Source of the DNA: Halorussus marinus
Lineage (GTDB): Archaea; Halobacteriota; Halobacteria; Halobacteriales; Haladaptataceae
Reading direction: 5' to 3'
NCBI RefSeq assembly: GCF_004765795.1
Contig: NZ_SBIV01000001.1
Location: 1 to 64,000 of the forward strand
DNA length: 64,000 nt
Shown here: positions 33,725-43,588 of the stretch, piece by piece
Layout: each line of letters starts with the position of its first letter
How positions within the stretch are numbered: position 1 is the first letter of the stretch
Program-made: the position numbers and the translations under genes
The notes under the pieces: model-generated
Databases searched by the model: none
Told to the model about the DNA's origin: nothing
The model's input: the letters and a program-made list of their open reading frames with translations, nothing else

Positions 33725-33886
33725 GTGCTCCCGTACGCAAGTCGACGGTTTAGGTTTCACGGGTCACCGATTCGGCCCGCTCCGGCTCAGGCCGGCCCGG
33801 CCGGTCGCCGGCCGATCTGTCAGCGCCCGGAGGGTCGCGCCCCGAACCGCGGAAAGCTAAGTGGTCCCGGACGCGAGATAGGCCAC

Positions 33887-35275
33887 ATGGATCTGTTCGG
33901 AACCGCGGGTATCCGCGGCAGCGCAGTCGAGACCGTGACCCCGGAGCTCGCGCTCGCGGTCGGCCGCGCGGCCGGCCGCGAGGCGGTCGAGCGCGCCGGG
34001 ACCGACGCCGACCGGACGGCGTTCGTCGTCGCCCGCGACGGTCGCCAGACCGGCCCCGCGCTGGCGGCCGCGATGGAAGCGGGACTGGAGAGTGCGGGCG
34101 CGGACGTGCGCCGGGCCGGCCAGCTCCCGACCCCCGCGCTCGCGTTCGCCTCGCGCGGCCGGCGGGGCGCGATGCTCACCGCGAGCCACAACCCCCCGAC
34201 CGACAACGGCATCAAGCTGTTCGTCGACGGACAGGAGTACGACCGCGACGCCGAGCTGACGGTGAACGACCGGGTCGAGGCCGACGAGCCGCCGGTCGCG
34301 TGGGACGAGTGGGGCGGCGGCGAGCGCACCGACGTGCTCGACGCCTACCGGGACGCGGTCACCGACTACGCGATCGGTCACGGCGCGCCTCTCGACGGGC
34401 TCCGGATCGCGGTCGACTGTGGCAACGGGATGGCGGCGGTCGCCACCCCGCAGGTGCTTCGGGCGCTCGGGGCCGACGTGGTCGCGCTCAACGCCAACGT
34501 CGACGGCCACTTCCCCGGCCGGGAGAGCAAGCCGACGCCCGAGACGCTCGCGGACCTCCGGGAGTTCGTCGCGGCCGACGAGGCGGCGTTCGGGATCGGT
34601 CACGACGGCGACGCCGACCGCATCGTCGTCGTCGACGGCGACGGCGAGGTCGTCCACGAAGACACCGTGGTCGCGATTCTGGCGTCCCACTACACCGCGG
34701 CCAGCGACGCCGACGACCCCGTGGTCGTGACGACGCCGAACGCCTCGGGCCGCATCGACGAGCAGGTCGAGGCCGCGGGCGGGCGGGTCGAGCGGGTCCG
34801 ACTCGGCGCGCTCCACGAGGGGATCGGGGCGGCCCGGGCGGCGGGCGCCGAGGGGACCGAGGTCGCGTTCGCGGCCGAGCCGTGGAAGCACGTCCACACC
34901 AGGTTCGGCGGGTGGATCGACGGCGTCGCGAGCGCGGCGGTGATCGCCCGACTGGTCGCGGCCGCCGGCGGGCTCGGGCCCCTCCGTGACCCCGTGACCG
35001 AGCGCCCGTACCGCAAGCAGAGCGTCGCCTGTCCCGACGACGCCAAGACCGCGGCGATGGGGCGACTGGAGACGGCGATCCCCGAACGATACCCCGAGGC
35101 GTCGGTCGAGACCGAGTACGGCGTCCGGGCGACCCTGCCCGACGGGTCGTGGGTGCTGGTCCGCCCCAGCGGCACCGAACCGTACGTGCGAGTGTACGCA
35201 GAGAGCGACGACGTCGACGAACTGGTGGGGTCGGCGGTCGCGGCGGTCGAGGCGGCGATCGACGCCGCGAAGTAG
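33887..35275 (+). CDS. pmm: Phosphohexomutase (phosphomannomutase/phosphoglucosamine mutase family)
   Basis: LFGTAGIRG, TASHNP, HDGDADR, VRPSGTEP. Confidence 0.9.
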   Translation: MDLFGTAGIRGSAVETVTPELALAVGRAAGREAVERAGTDADRTAFVVARDGRQTGPALAAAMEAGLESAGADVRRAGQLPTPALAFASRGRRGAMLTASHNPPTDNGIKLFVDGQEYDRDAELTVNDRVEADEPPVAWDEWGGGERTDVLDAYRDAVTDYAIGHGAPLDGLRIAVDCGNGMAAVATPQVLRALGADVVALNANVDGHFPGRESKPTPETLADLREFVAADEAAFGIGHDGDADRIVVVDGDGEVVHEDTVVAILASHYTAASDADDPVVVTTPNASGRIDEQVEAAGGRVERVRLGALHEGIGAARAAGAEGTEVAFAAEPWKHVHTRFGGWIDGVASAAVIARLVAAAGGLGPLRDPVTERPYRKQSVACPDDAKTAAMGRLETAIPERYPEASVETEYGVRATLPDGSWVLVRPSGTEPYVRVYAESDDVDELVGSAVAAVEAAIDAAK

Positions 35276-35366
35276 TCGCTTCGCTGAATTCTCAAACCGC
35301 TGAGTATTCGGGTTTCAGCCCCGAAGCGACGGGTTTATGCGTAGGTGACGGAACCGATACCGTAAG

Positions 35367-36491
35367 ATGACGAAGATCGACGACCGGAGACGGCAGATCG
35401 TGAAAGTCGGCGGTGCGAGCGCGCTCGGACTCGGCCTCGCCGGCTGTCTCGGCGGCGGCGACGGGAACGAGGAGACCACCGCGGCCGACGACGCCGACGG
35501 AAACGGAGAGACCACCGAGAGCGGCGGAGTCACCGACGTCGGGATGGTGTACGCGACCGGCGGGCTCGGCGACAACTCGTTCAACGACATGGCCCACCAG
35601 GGCGTCCAGGACGCCGCCGACGAGTACGACGTGGAGTTCACGAACGCCGAACCCGGGAGTCCGAGCGAGGTCGCGAACCTCCAACAACGGTTCGCCCAGT
35701 CGACCGACCCCGACTACGATCTCATCCCCTGCATCGGATTCGTCCAGCAGGACTCCCTCTCGCAGAACGCCGCGAACTTCCCCGATCAGAACTTCATGGT
35801 CGTCGACACCACCGTCGACGCCGACAACGTCGCCAACTACGTGTTCAAAGAACAAGAGGGGTCGTTCCAGGCCGGCCACATGGCGGGGCTACTCACCCAG
35901 ATGGACTTCAGCGCGGGCGCGGGCGAGACCACCGACGACGCGGTCGTCGGCTTCGTCGGCGGGAAAGAGACCCCGCTGATCAAGAAGTTCGAGGCGGGAT
36001 ACCGCGCGGGCGTCGCCCACGCCGACGGGGACGTCGAGGTCCGGACCGCCTACGCCGGGTCGTGGAGCGACTCCGCGCAGGGCCAGGAGATCGCGCTGTC
36101 GATGTACGACAAGGGTGCAGACTTCGTCTACCACGCCGCGGGCGGGACGGGCAACGGCGTCTTCAAGGCCGCCCAGGAGGCGGGCCGGTTCGCGATCGGC
36201 GTCGACGCCGACCAGTCCAAGAGCCTCGCGAAGTACGACGACGTGATCCTCGCGAGCATGGTAAAGCGGGTCGACGAGGCGGTGTACCGGTCGATCGAGA
36301 ACGTGGTCAACGGCGAGTTCGAGGGCGGGAGCACCGAGACGCTCGGCCTCGAACAGGACGGCGTCTCGGTCGTCTACGGCAACAACATCGGCTCGGAGGT
36401 CCCCGAAGACGTACGGTCGGCGCTCGAAGAGTCCGAGACCGCCATCGTCGAGGGCGACATCGAGGTGCCGACCGACCCCAGCGACCTGTAA
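35367..36491 (+). CDS. BMP-family ABC substrate-binding Tat lipoprotein (nucleoside)
   Basis: RRR plus LAGC lipobox; GGLGDNSFND, AIGVDADQ, SMVKRVD. Confidence 0.9.
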   Translation: MTKIDDRRRQIVKVGGASALGLGLAGCLGGGDGNEETTAADDADGNGETTESGGVTDVGMVYATGGLGDNSFNDMAHQGVQDAADEYDVEFTNAEPGSPSEVANLQQRFAQSTDPDYDLIPCIGFVQQDSLSQNAANFPDQNFMVVDTTVDADNVANYVFKEQEGSFQAGHMAGLLTQMDFSAGAGETTDDAVVGFVGGKETPLIKKFEAGYRAGVAHADGDVEVRTAYAGSWSDSAQGQEIALSMYDKGADFVYHAAGGTGNGVFKAAQEAGRFAIGVDADQSKSLAKYDDVILASMVKRVDEAVYRSIENVVNGEFEGGSTETLGLEQDGVSVVYGNNIGSEVPEDVRSALEESETAIVEGDIEVPTDPSDL

Positions 36492-36564
36492 CGGTCTTTC
36501 GTCGGGGCGGCCGGTCGAGCAACAAAGCGTCGATTTCATCACGGACGATGGTGATGGTACCGGT

Positions 36565-37611
36565 ATGCGGGGGAGACACACGAGACGACGCTTCTTGGGG
36601 GGAATCGCCGGTGTCGCGGCGCTCGGCACCGCCGGATTCGTACAGGACGACGTGACGAACGTCGGGATGGTGTACGCGACCGGCGGGCTCGGGGACAACT
36701 CGTTCAACGACATGGCCCATCAGGGCGTCCAGAACGCCGCCGACGAGTACGACGTGGCGTTCACGAACGCCGAGCCCGGGAGTCCGAGCGAGGTCGCGAA
36801 CCTCCAGCAACGGTTCGCCCAGTCGAGCAGTCCCGACTACGACCTGCTCTGTTGTATCGGGTTCGTCCAGCAGGAACCGCTCCGGCGCAACGCCGAGCGG
36901 TTCCCCGACCAGCGGTTCATGGTCGTCGACACCACCGTCGACGCCGACAACGTCGCCAGTTACACGTTCCGCGAGCAGGAGGGGTCGTTTCAGGTCGGCC
37001 ACATGGCGGGGCTACTCACCCAGATGGAGTTCAGCGCGGGCGCCGGCGAGACGAACGACGACGCGGTCGTCGGGTTCGTCGGCGGCCGGGAGGTGCCGTT
37101 GATCGAGAAGTTCGAGGCGGGGTACAAGGCGGGCGTCGCCCACGCCGACGAGGACATCGAAGTCCGGACCGCGTACGCGGGCGCGTGGAACGACCCGGCA
37201 CAGGGCCAAGAGATCGCGCTGTCGATGTACAACGAGGGTGCAGACGTCGTCTACCACGCCGCGGGCGGCACCGGGAGCGGGGTGTTTCAGGCGGCCCAGG
37301 AGGTGGGCCGATTCGCGATCGGTGTCGACGCCGACCAGTCCGAGAGCCTGCCCGAGTACGCCGACGTGATCCTCGCGAGCATGGTAAAGCGTGTCGATCG
37401 GGCCGTGTTCCGGTCGATCGAGAGCGTCGTCGACGACGAGTTCGATGGCGCGACCAACGTCCTGGGGCTCGAACGCGACGGTGTCGCGGCGGTGTACGGC
37501 GCCGAACTCGGCGACGCCATCCCCGAGTCGGTCACCGAGAGCCTCGCGGCGTCCCGGGAGGCGATCGTCGCGGGCGAGATCGAAGTGCCGACCGAGATCA
37601 GCGAGCTGTAA
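36565..37611 (+). CDS. Second BMP-family binding protein (Tat signal, no lipobox Cys)
   Basis: TRRRFL; close paralog of the upstream gene; TAGF where the first copy has LAGC. Confidence 0.88.
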   Translation: MRGRHTRRRFLGGIAGVAALGTAGFVQDDVTNVGMVYATGGLGDNSFNDMAHQGVQNAADEYDVAFTNAEPGSPSEVANLQQRFAQSSSPDYDLLCCIGFVQQEPLRRNAERFPDQRFMVVDTTVDADNVASYTFREQEGSFQVGHMAGLLTQMEFSAGAGETNDDAVVGFVGGREVPLIEKFEAGYKAGVAHADEDIEVRTAYAGAWNDPAQGQEIALSMYNEGADVVYHAAGGTGSGVFQAAQEVGRFAIGVDADQSESLPEYADVILASMVKRVDRAVFRSIESVVDDEFDGATNVLGLERDGVAAVYGAELGDAIPESVTESLAASREAIVAGEIEVPTEISEL

Positions 37612-37688
37612 CCGTCGTGTCGGCCGTCCGAGACTCCGGAAAATAATTCCGGGTTCCTTAAGCACGCCGGCCCGGAACACCGAGACAG

Positions 37689-39245
37689 ATGAGCGCAGCC
37701 GTCTATCTCGAGGGGATAACAAAGCGGTTCCCCGGCGTGGTCGCCAACGACGAGGTCGACCTCGAAGTCGAGGAGGGCTCGATCCACGCCCTGCTCGGTG
37801 AGAACGGCGCGGGAAAGACGACGCTGATGAACGTCCTCTACGGACTGTATCAGCCGGACGGCGGGACCGTCCACCTCGACGGGGAACCCCGGGAGTTCGA
37901 AACGCCGCGGGACGCCATCGACGCGGGGGTCGGGATGATTCACCAGCACTTCATGCTCGTGGACACGCTCACCACCGCCGAGAACATCGTCCTCGGTCAC
38001 GAGCCCCGCAAGTGGGGCGGGCTCGCGATAGATCGCGTCCGGGCCGATCGGGAGGTCCGGGAGCTGAGTCGGCGCTACGGGTTCGACGTCGACCCGGAGG
38101 CCCGGGTCGAGAACGTGAGCGTCGGGGTCCAACAGCGCGTCGAGATTCTAAAGGCGCTGTACGGCGGCGCCGACGTGCTGATCCTCGACGAGCCGACCGC
38201 GGTGTTGACCCCACAGGAGGTCGCGGACCTCTTCGAGGTGTTCGACGAACTGGCGGCCGAGGACAAGACGATCATCTTCATCACTCACAAGCTCGGGGAG
38301 GCGATGGAGGCCGCCGACGACATCACCGTCCTCCGGAACGGGAAGAACGTCGGCACCGTCGACGCCGACGCCACCACCCGCGAGGAGCTCGCGGAGCTGA
38401 TGGTCGGCCGGGAGGTGTTGCTCGAAGCCGACAAGGAGCCCGCCGACCCCGGCGCGGTGGGGCTCGCGGTCTCGGACCTCCGAGTCACAGACGACCGCGG
38501 GGTCGAGCAGGTCCGCGGCGTCGACATCGACGCCAGAGAGGGCGAGGTGTTCGGGATCGCGGGCGTGGACGGCAACGGCCAGTCCGAACTCGTCGAGGCC
38601 GTCACCGGGCTCAGGACGCCCGAGTCGGGGCGGGTCGAGATCGGCGGCGAGGACGTGACCGACCGGTCTCGGCGCGAGCGCATCGACGCCGGGATGGCCT
38701 ACATCCCCGAGGACCGCCAGGAGCGCGGGCTCGTGATGGAGTTCGACCTCGTGGAGAACGGACTGCTCGGGAGCCAGCACACGAGCGAGTTCGCCGCCGG
38801 CGGCCGCATCGACTGGGAGCACACCCGCGAGCACGCCGAGGAGATCATCGCGGAGTACGACGTGCGCCCGCCGAACGCCGACGCCGAGTCGGCGTCGCTG
38901 TCGGGGGGAAACCAGCAGAAGTTCATCGTGGGCCGGGAGTTCGCCCGCGACCCGGACGTGATCGTGGCCTCTCACCCGACCCGCGGGGTCGACGTGGGCT
39001 CGATCGAGTTCATCCACGACCGCCTGCTCGACCTCCGGCGGGCGGGCAAGACGGTGTTGCTCGTCTCCTCGAAGCTCGACGAGGTCCAGCAGCTCTCGGA
39101 CAGGCTCGGCGTCATGCACGAGGGCGAACTCGTCGACGTGGTCGATCCCGATCGGGTGACCGAGGAGGAGCTCGGCCTGCTGATGGCGGGCGAGACCCCC
39201 GAGGACGCCCCGAGCATCGCCGACCCCCCGGGTGGTGACCGATGA
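37689..39245 (+). CDS. ABC transporter ATP-binding protein (two ATPase domains, nucleoside/sugar type)
   Basis: GENGAGKTT, LILDEPTAVL, LSGGNQQK, PTRGVDVG. Confidence 0.93.
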   Translation: MSAAVYLEGITKRFPGVVANDEVDLEVEEGSIHALLGENGAGKTTLMNVLYGLYQPDGGTVHLDGEPREFETPRDAIDAGVGMIHQHFMLVDTLTTAENIVLGHEPRKWGGLAIDRVRADREVRELSRRYGFDVDPEARVENVSVGVQQRVEILKALYGGADVLILDEPTAVLTPQEVADLFEVFDELAAEDKTIIFITHKLGEAMEAADDITVLRNGKNVGTVDADATTREELAELMVGREVLLEADKEPADPGAVGLAVSDLRVTDDRGVEQVRGVDIDAREGEVFGIAGVDGNGQSELVEAVTGLRTPESGRVEIGGEDVTDRSRRERIDAGMAYIPEDRQERGLVMEFDLVENGLLGSQHTSEFAAGGRIDWEHTREHAEEIIAEYDVRPPNADAESASLSGGNQQKFIVGREFARDPDVIVASHPTRGVDVGSIEFIHDRLLDLRRAGKTVLLVSSKLDEVQQLSDRLGVMHEGELVDVVDPDRVTEEELGLLMAGETPEDAPSIADPPGGDR

Positions 39246-40480
39246 GCGGCGACGACTCGACGATCGGTCGCGCGCTCGGCGGGCTGGTCGACGCCTCGGC
39301 GATCGAGCGCATCCTGATCAGCCTCGCCGCGCTCGGGCTGTCGGTCGTGGTCGGGGCGGTGGTCGTGCTGATCTCCGGGTGGGTGTTGTCGCCGTGTCCG
39401 TCCGCGCCGTTCGCCACGCTCGGCGGCCTCGGTGAGTTCTGTTACAACCCGATCGAGGTGTACTGGGTCCTCCTGAAGGGAGCGTTCGGCTCGACGTTCA
39501 ACCTCGCGACCACGCTCCAGGAGACGACGCTGTTGCTGTTCACCGGGCTGTCGGTCGCGGTCGCATTTCGGGCGGGCATGTTCAACATCGGGACGCAGGG
39601 CCAGCTCGTGCTGGGCGCGCTCGGCACCGGCCTGTCGGTGCTGTGGGTCGCGCCGGTCGTGCCGGCCGGCCTGGTCGGCGGGGTCGTCCTCGTCGCGGTC
39701 GGCCTGCTGGTCGGGGCGGCGGTCGGCGGCTTCTGGGGGGCGATTCCCGGGGCGCTGAAGGCGTACGCCGACGCCAACGAGGTCATCACCACGATCATGC
39801 TCAACTTCGTCGCGACGGGCATCGCGTTCACCCTCGTCTCGGAGGTGTTCAAAGACCCCGGGAGCCAGACGGTCCAGACCCGGTTCGTCCCCGAGTACGC
39901 CCAGCTCCCGGCGTTGGTCCTCGGGATCGACGGGTTCTCGATGCTGGCGCTCGTCGGCGGGCTGGCGCTCGCCGGACTCGTCTACTGGGTGCTTCGGGGG
40001 ACCAGCTTCGGCTACGATCTCCGGACCAGCGGGGTCCAGCCCGACGCCGCCGAGTACGGCGGCGTCGACGCCAAGAAGACGATGGTCTCCAGCATGGCGC
40101 TGTCGGGCGCGCTCGGCGGCGTCGGCGGCGCGGTGTACGTGCTGATGGTCGCCGGCCAGTGGCAGAGCGGCATCCCGTCGCTCGGGTTCGACGGCATCAC
40201 CGTCTCCATTCTGGCGGGCAACAACCCGATCGGCGTGGTCCCGGCCGCGCTCCTGTTCGGTGCGCTGAAGGGCGGGAGCCTCGTCATCGAGTTCGACCTC
40301 GCGGTCCCCCAACAGCTCGTGGGGGTGCTCCGCGGGCTGGTCATCCTGTTCGTCGCCATGCCGGAGTTCTTCCGGATGGCGGGAATCCGCTACGGCTACG
40401 GCGACGACGAGCCGGCGGTCGCGACCGACGGCGGGACGCCTCGGGAGGGCGGCGCCGACGACGGAGGTGACTCCGAATGA
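39242..40480 (+). CDS. ABC transporter permease
   Basis: AFRAGMFNIGTQGQ, NEVITTIMLN, GFDGITVSILA. Confidence 0.9.
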   Translation: MSGDDSTIGRALGGLVDASAIERILISLAALGLSVVVGAVVVLISGWVLSPCPSAPFATLGGLGEFCYNPIEVYWVLLKGAFGSTFNLATTLQETTLLLFTGLSVAVAFRAGMFNIGTQGQLVLGALGTGLSVLWVAPVVPAGLVGGVVLVAVGLLVGAAVGGFWGAIPGALKAYADANEVITTIMLNFVATGIAFTLVSEVFKDPGSQTVQTRFVPEYAQLPALVLGIDGFSMLALVGGLALAGLVYWVLRGTSFGYDLRTSGVQPDAAEYGGVDAKKTMVSSMALSGALGGVGGAVYVLMVAGQWQSGIPSLGFDGITVSILAGNNPIGVVPAALLFGALKGGSLVIEFDLAVPQQLVGVLRGLVILFVAMPEFFRMAGIRYGYGDDEPAVATDGGTPREGGADDGGDSE

Positions 40481-41559
40481 GCTACGCCGACACCTCGCGC
40501 AAACGGCGGTGGCTCCTCGGCGCGGTCGGACTGGTGGTCGCGGCGCTGATCGCGATCGAGGTGCTGTTCCCTGCCAACCCGTTCACCGGGCTCGCGGTCG
40601 TGTTGCTCACGCTGGTCACCGACCCCAACTACGTCGGCTCGGTGCTCCGGCTGACCGTTCCGATCGCGTTCGCGGCGCTCGGCGGGATCTTCGCCGAGAA
40701 GTCCGGAGTCATCAACATCGGGCTCGAAGGCCTGCTCATCATCTCGGCGTTCACCTCGATCGCGGTTGCGGCGACGCTGGGCGGGGGCACCCCGAGTCAG
40801 TTCGACCTCTGGGTCGCGTTCGGCGTCGCGGTGCTGGCGAGCGTCCTGTTCGCGCTGCTGTTCGCGGTGGTCTGCATCGAGTACAAGGCCGACCAGATCA
40901 TCGCGGGGCTGGCGGTGTGGCTGATCGCGCTCGGGCTCGCGCCGTTCGCCAGCAAGGTCATCTGGGGGCAGGTCAACAGCCCGCCGATCGCGACGCTCAA
41001 CGACTGGACCGTGCCCGTCCTCTCGGAGATCCCGTTCTTCGGGCCGGTGCTTTTCGACGCCAACCCCACCGTCTACATGCTGCTGGTCGCGGTCGCGGCG
41101 TCGTGGTACACGCTCAACCGCACCGCGTTCGGCCGGTGGATCGAGGCCAGCGGCGAGAACCCTAAGGCGCTCGACACCGTCGGCGTCGACGTCCGGAAGG
41201 TCAGGTACGCCGGCGTCCTGCTCTCGGGACTGTTCTCGGGGATCGGTGGCGCCGGGCTCGCGCTCGGTCGCGTCGGCCAGTTCATCGGCGGCGGCACCAC
41301 GATGATCAACGGCCGCGGGTGGATCGGCATCACCGCCTACCTGTTCGGCAACTACAACCCGCTCGGGGCGTTCGGCGCGTCGTTCCTCTTCGCGAGCCTC
41401 GACGCGCTCCAGATCCGACTCCAGCAGTTGGGGTACAGTATTCCGAGCGAACTCATCGGGATCATCCCGTACGTGACCGTCGTCGTCGTGCTCGCGTTCG
41501 TCGGCCGGACCCAGATTCCGGACGCCGCGGGCGAGCACTACGACTCGGGCGAGGACTAA
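40477..41559 (+). CDS. ABC transporter permease
   Basis: EKSGVINIGLEG, GENPKALDTVG, GRGWIGI, IPYV. Confidence 0.9.
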   Translation: MSYADTSRKRRWLLGAVGLVVAALIAIEVLFPANPFTGLAVVLLTLVTDPNYVGSVLRLTVPIAFAALGGIFAEKSGVINIGLEGLLIISAFTSIAVAATLGGGTPSQFDLWVAFGVAVLASVLFALLFAVVCIEYKADQIIAGLAVWLIALGLAPFASKVIWGQVNSPPIATLNDWTVPVLSEIPFFGPVLFDANPTVYMLLVAVAASWYTLNRTAFGRWIEASGENPKALDTVGVDVRKVRYAGVLLSGLFSGIGGAGLALGRVGQFIGGGTTMINGRGWIGITAYLFGNYNPLGAFGASFLFASLDALQIRLQQLGYSIPSELIGIIPYVTVVVVLAFVGRTQIPDAAGEHYDSGED

Positions 41560-41568
41560 GCGCGACCG

Positions 41569-41722
41569 TTTGCTGCGGGCGGCGCATACGCGCGCCACCC
41601 TTGCAAAAGCCCGATCAAAAACCTGCGCTCGTCCCTTCGGTCCTCGCTTGGTCCGCTCGCTCGGGCTTCGCCCTCGCTCGCGGGGACAACGTCCCTTGAT
41701 GCTTGATTGGGGTAGCTCAATC
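41569..41722. repeat. Intergenic multi-hairpin REP/MITE-like element
   Basis: TTTGC..GGCGC..GCGCC..GCAAA; CTCGCTCG repeats flanking GGGC-TTC-GCCC; GATTGGG..CTCAATC. Confidence 0.5.
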
Positions 41723-41806
41723 CTCCCGTGTTCGGCCGGGCGAGTTCGATCCTCCACCGACCGACAGCGGGAGATATATGCCGGCCGCCCGCCAACGTCC
41801 GCCACC

Positions 41807-42199
41807 ATGGACGACCTCGTCGAAGCCGCCCGCGACGTACAGATCAAGGCCCACGTCCCGTACTCGGACTACCCGGTCGGGGCCGCGATCCGGACGGCCG
41901 ACGGCACCGTCTACGTCGGGTGCAACATCGAGAACGCCAACTACAGCAACAGCCTCCACGCCGAGGAGGTCGCGATCGCGGAGGCGGTCAAGGAGGGCCA
42001 CCGGGAGTTCGACGCGCTGGCGGTGAGCTCCGCGGCCCGGGACGGGGTGACCCCCTGCGGGATGTGTCGCCAGACGCTCGCGGAGTTCTGCGACGACGAC
42101 CTGCGGGTGTACTGCGACGAGGGCGAGAGCCGAGAGCCCTCGGCGTACGCCCTCGGCGAACTGTTGCCCGACACCATCAGCGAGGACATGCTGGAGTGA
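41807..42199 (+). CDS. cdd: Cytidine deaminase
   Basis: AHVPYSDYPVGAA, GCNIENANY, HAE, PCGMCRQ. Confidence 0.93.
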   Translation: MDDLVEAARDVQIKAHVPYSDYPVGAAIRTADGTVYVGCNIENANYSNSLHAEEVAIAEAVKEGHREFDALAVSSAARDGVTPCGMCRQTLAEFCDDDLRVYCDEGESREPSAYALGELLPDTISEDMLE

Positions 42200-42667
42200 C
42201 TACCCGTCCACGTCGGCGAAGCAGTTGAACTCGATCGTCAGCGAGTCGACCGTCCGGTCGCCGGCGACCGCTTCGATGCGGTATCGGCCGTGGAGCGGAC
42301 GCTCGCCGAGATACTGCTCGTAGTAGAGCTGACCGTCGCCGGCCCGGCCCTTGTTCGCCATCACGTCGGCGTCGCCCGGCGACACCGGGACGAAGTGGGC
42401 TAACCGACCGTCCGCGTCGGACAGTTCGAGCGCGTCGACGTCGTGTGTTCGCACGTCCTCGACCGCGAGCGCGACTCCGAGCCGGACGTCCTCGCCGTCG
42501 ACGAACGCCTGCGCGCCGGCGTCGAGGAGGTCGCCGTCGCCGTGGTCGACCGCGCCCGTCTGGCAGTCTCTGGTGGCCGATCCGCCCGACCCGGAGCCGC
42601 CACAGCCGGCGAGGCCGACCGCCGTCGCGCTCCCGACCGCGGCGAGTAGCTGTCGTCTGGAGGGCAT
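42200..42667 (-). CDS. Tat-exported lipoprotein, unknown function
   Basis: MPSRRQLL...LAGC. Confidence 0.78.
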   Translation of the reverse strand: MPSRRQLLAAVGSATAVGLAGCGGSGSGGSATRDCQTGAVDHGDGDLLDAGAQAFVDGEDVRLGVALAVEDVRTHDVDALELSDADGRLAHFVPVSPGDADVMANKGRAGDGQLYYEQYLGERPLHGRYRIEAVAGDRTVDSLTIEFNCFADVDG

Positions 42668-42760
42668 CGTCCGGAGTTCTCCGAGCGGTCCGATAAGCGT
42701 TGGCTCTCGGACGCCGGCGCGACGAACCCTTTATACCCGCCGACCGAGTCAGCCATCGGC

Positions 42761-43582
42761 ATGACCGGCGACAGCGAAGACCCGAACGACGAGGTCCAGT
42801 ATCACGTCGAGGTCGGCGAGGGCGACGTGGCCGACGCGGTGCTCCTGCCCGGGAACCCCGAGCGGATCGAGAAGATCACCCGGTTCTGGAACGACGCCGA
42901 GGAGGTCGCGCGCCACCGCGAGTACCGCACCGTCACCGGCGACTACGAGGGGACGCCGATCAGCGTCACTTCGACCGGGATCGGGAGTCCCTCGGCCGCC
43001 ATCGCGGTCGAGGAGCTCGCGCGGGTCGGCGTCGACACCTTCCTCCGGGTCGGCTCCTGTGGCGCGATCCAGCCCGAGATGGACGTCGGCGATCTGGTCA
43101 TCACGACCGGCGGCGTCCGCCAGGAGGGGACCAGCGACGAGTACGTCCGGGAAGACTACCCTGCGGTCGCCGACTACGAGGTGGTGTCGGCGCTGGTCGC
43201 GGCCGCCGAGCGGCTCGACTACGACTACCACACCGGGCTCACGATGAGCGCCGACAGCTTCTACGCCGGGCAGGGCCGGCCCGGCTTCGAGGGGTTCGAG
43301 GCCGCGGGGAGCGACGACCTCGTCGACGAACTCAAGCGGGCCAACGTCAAGAACATCGAGATGGAGGCCAGCGCCATCCTCACGCTCGCGAACGTCTACG
43401 GTCTGCGGGCGGGCGCGGTGTGTTCGGTCTACGCTAACCGCGAGACCGGGGAGTTCCGCACCGAGGGCGAGAACCGAGCGGCCGAGACCGCGAGCCTCGC
43501 GGTGAAACTGCTGGCCGAGATGGACGAACGGAAGGCCGAGGCAGGCGTCGATCGGTGGCACCCCGGTCTCCAGTTGGAGTAA
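42761..43582 (+). CDS. udp: Uridine (nucleoside) phosphorylase
   Basis: LLPGNPER, HREY, STGIGSPSAAIAVEEL, RVGSCG, DSFYAGQGR, IEMEA. Confidence 0.92.
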   Translation: MTGDSEDPNDEVQYHVEVGEGDVADAVLLPGNPERIEKITRFWNDAEEVARHREYRTVTGDYEGTPISVTSTGIGSPSAAIAVEELARVGVDTFLRVGSCGAIQPEMDVGDLVITTGGVRQEGTSDEYVREDYPAVADYEVVSALVAAAERLDYDYHTGLTMSADSFYAGQGRPGFEGFEAAGSDDLVDELKRANVKNIEMEASAILTLANVYGLRAGAVCSVYANRETGEFRTEGENRAAETASLAVKLLAEMDERKAEAGVDRWHPGLQLE

Positions 43583-43588
43583 GCGCCG

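Noticed and set aside
8170..33740. CGTACG hexamer upstream of several genes (~8175, 23910, 27577, 33102, 33732)
   Set aside because: Short GC-rich palindrome expected often by chance; only the 12-bp version at 19706 was kept
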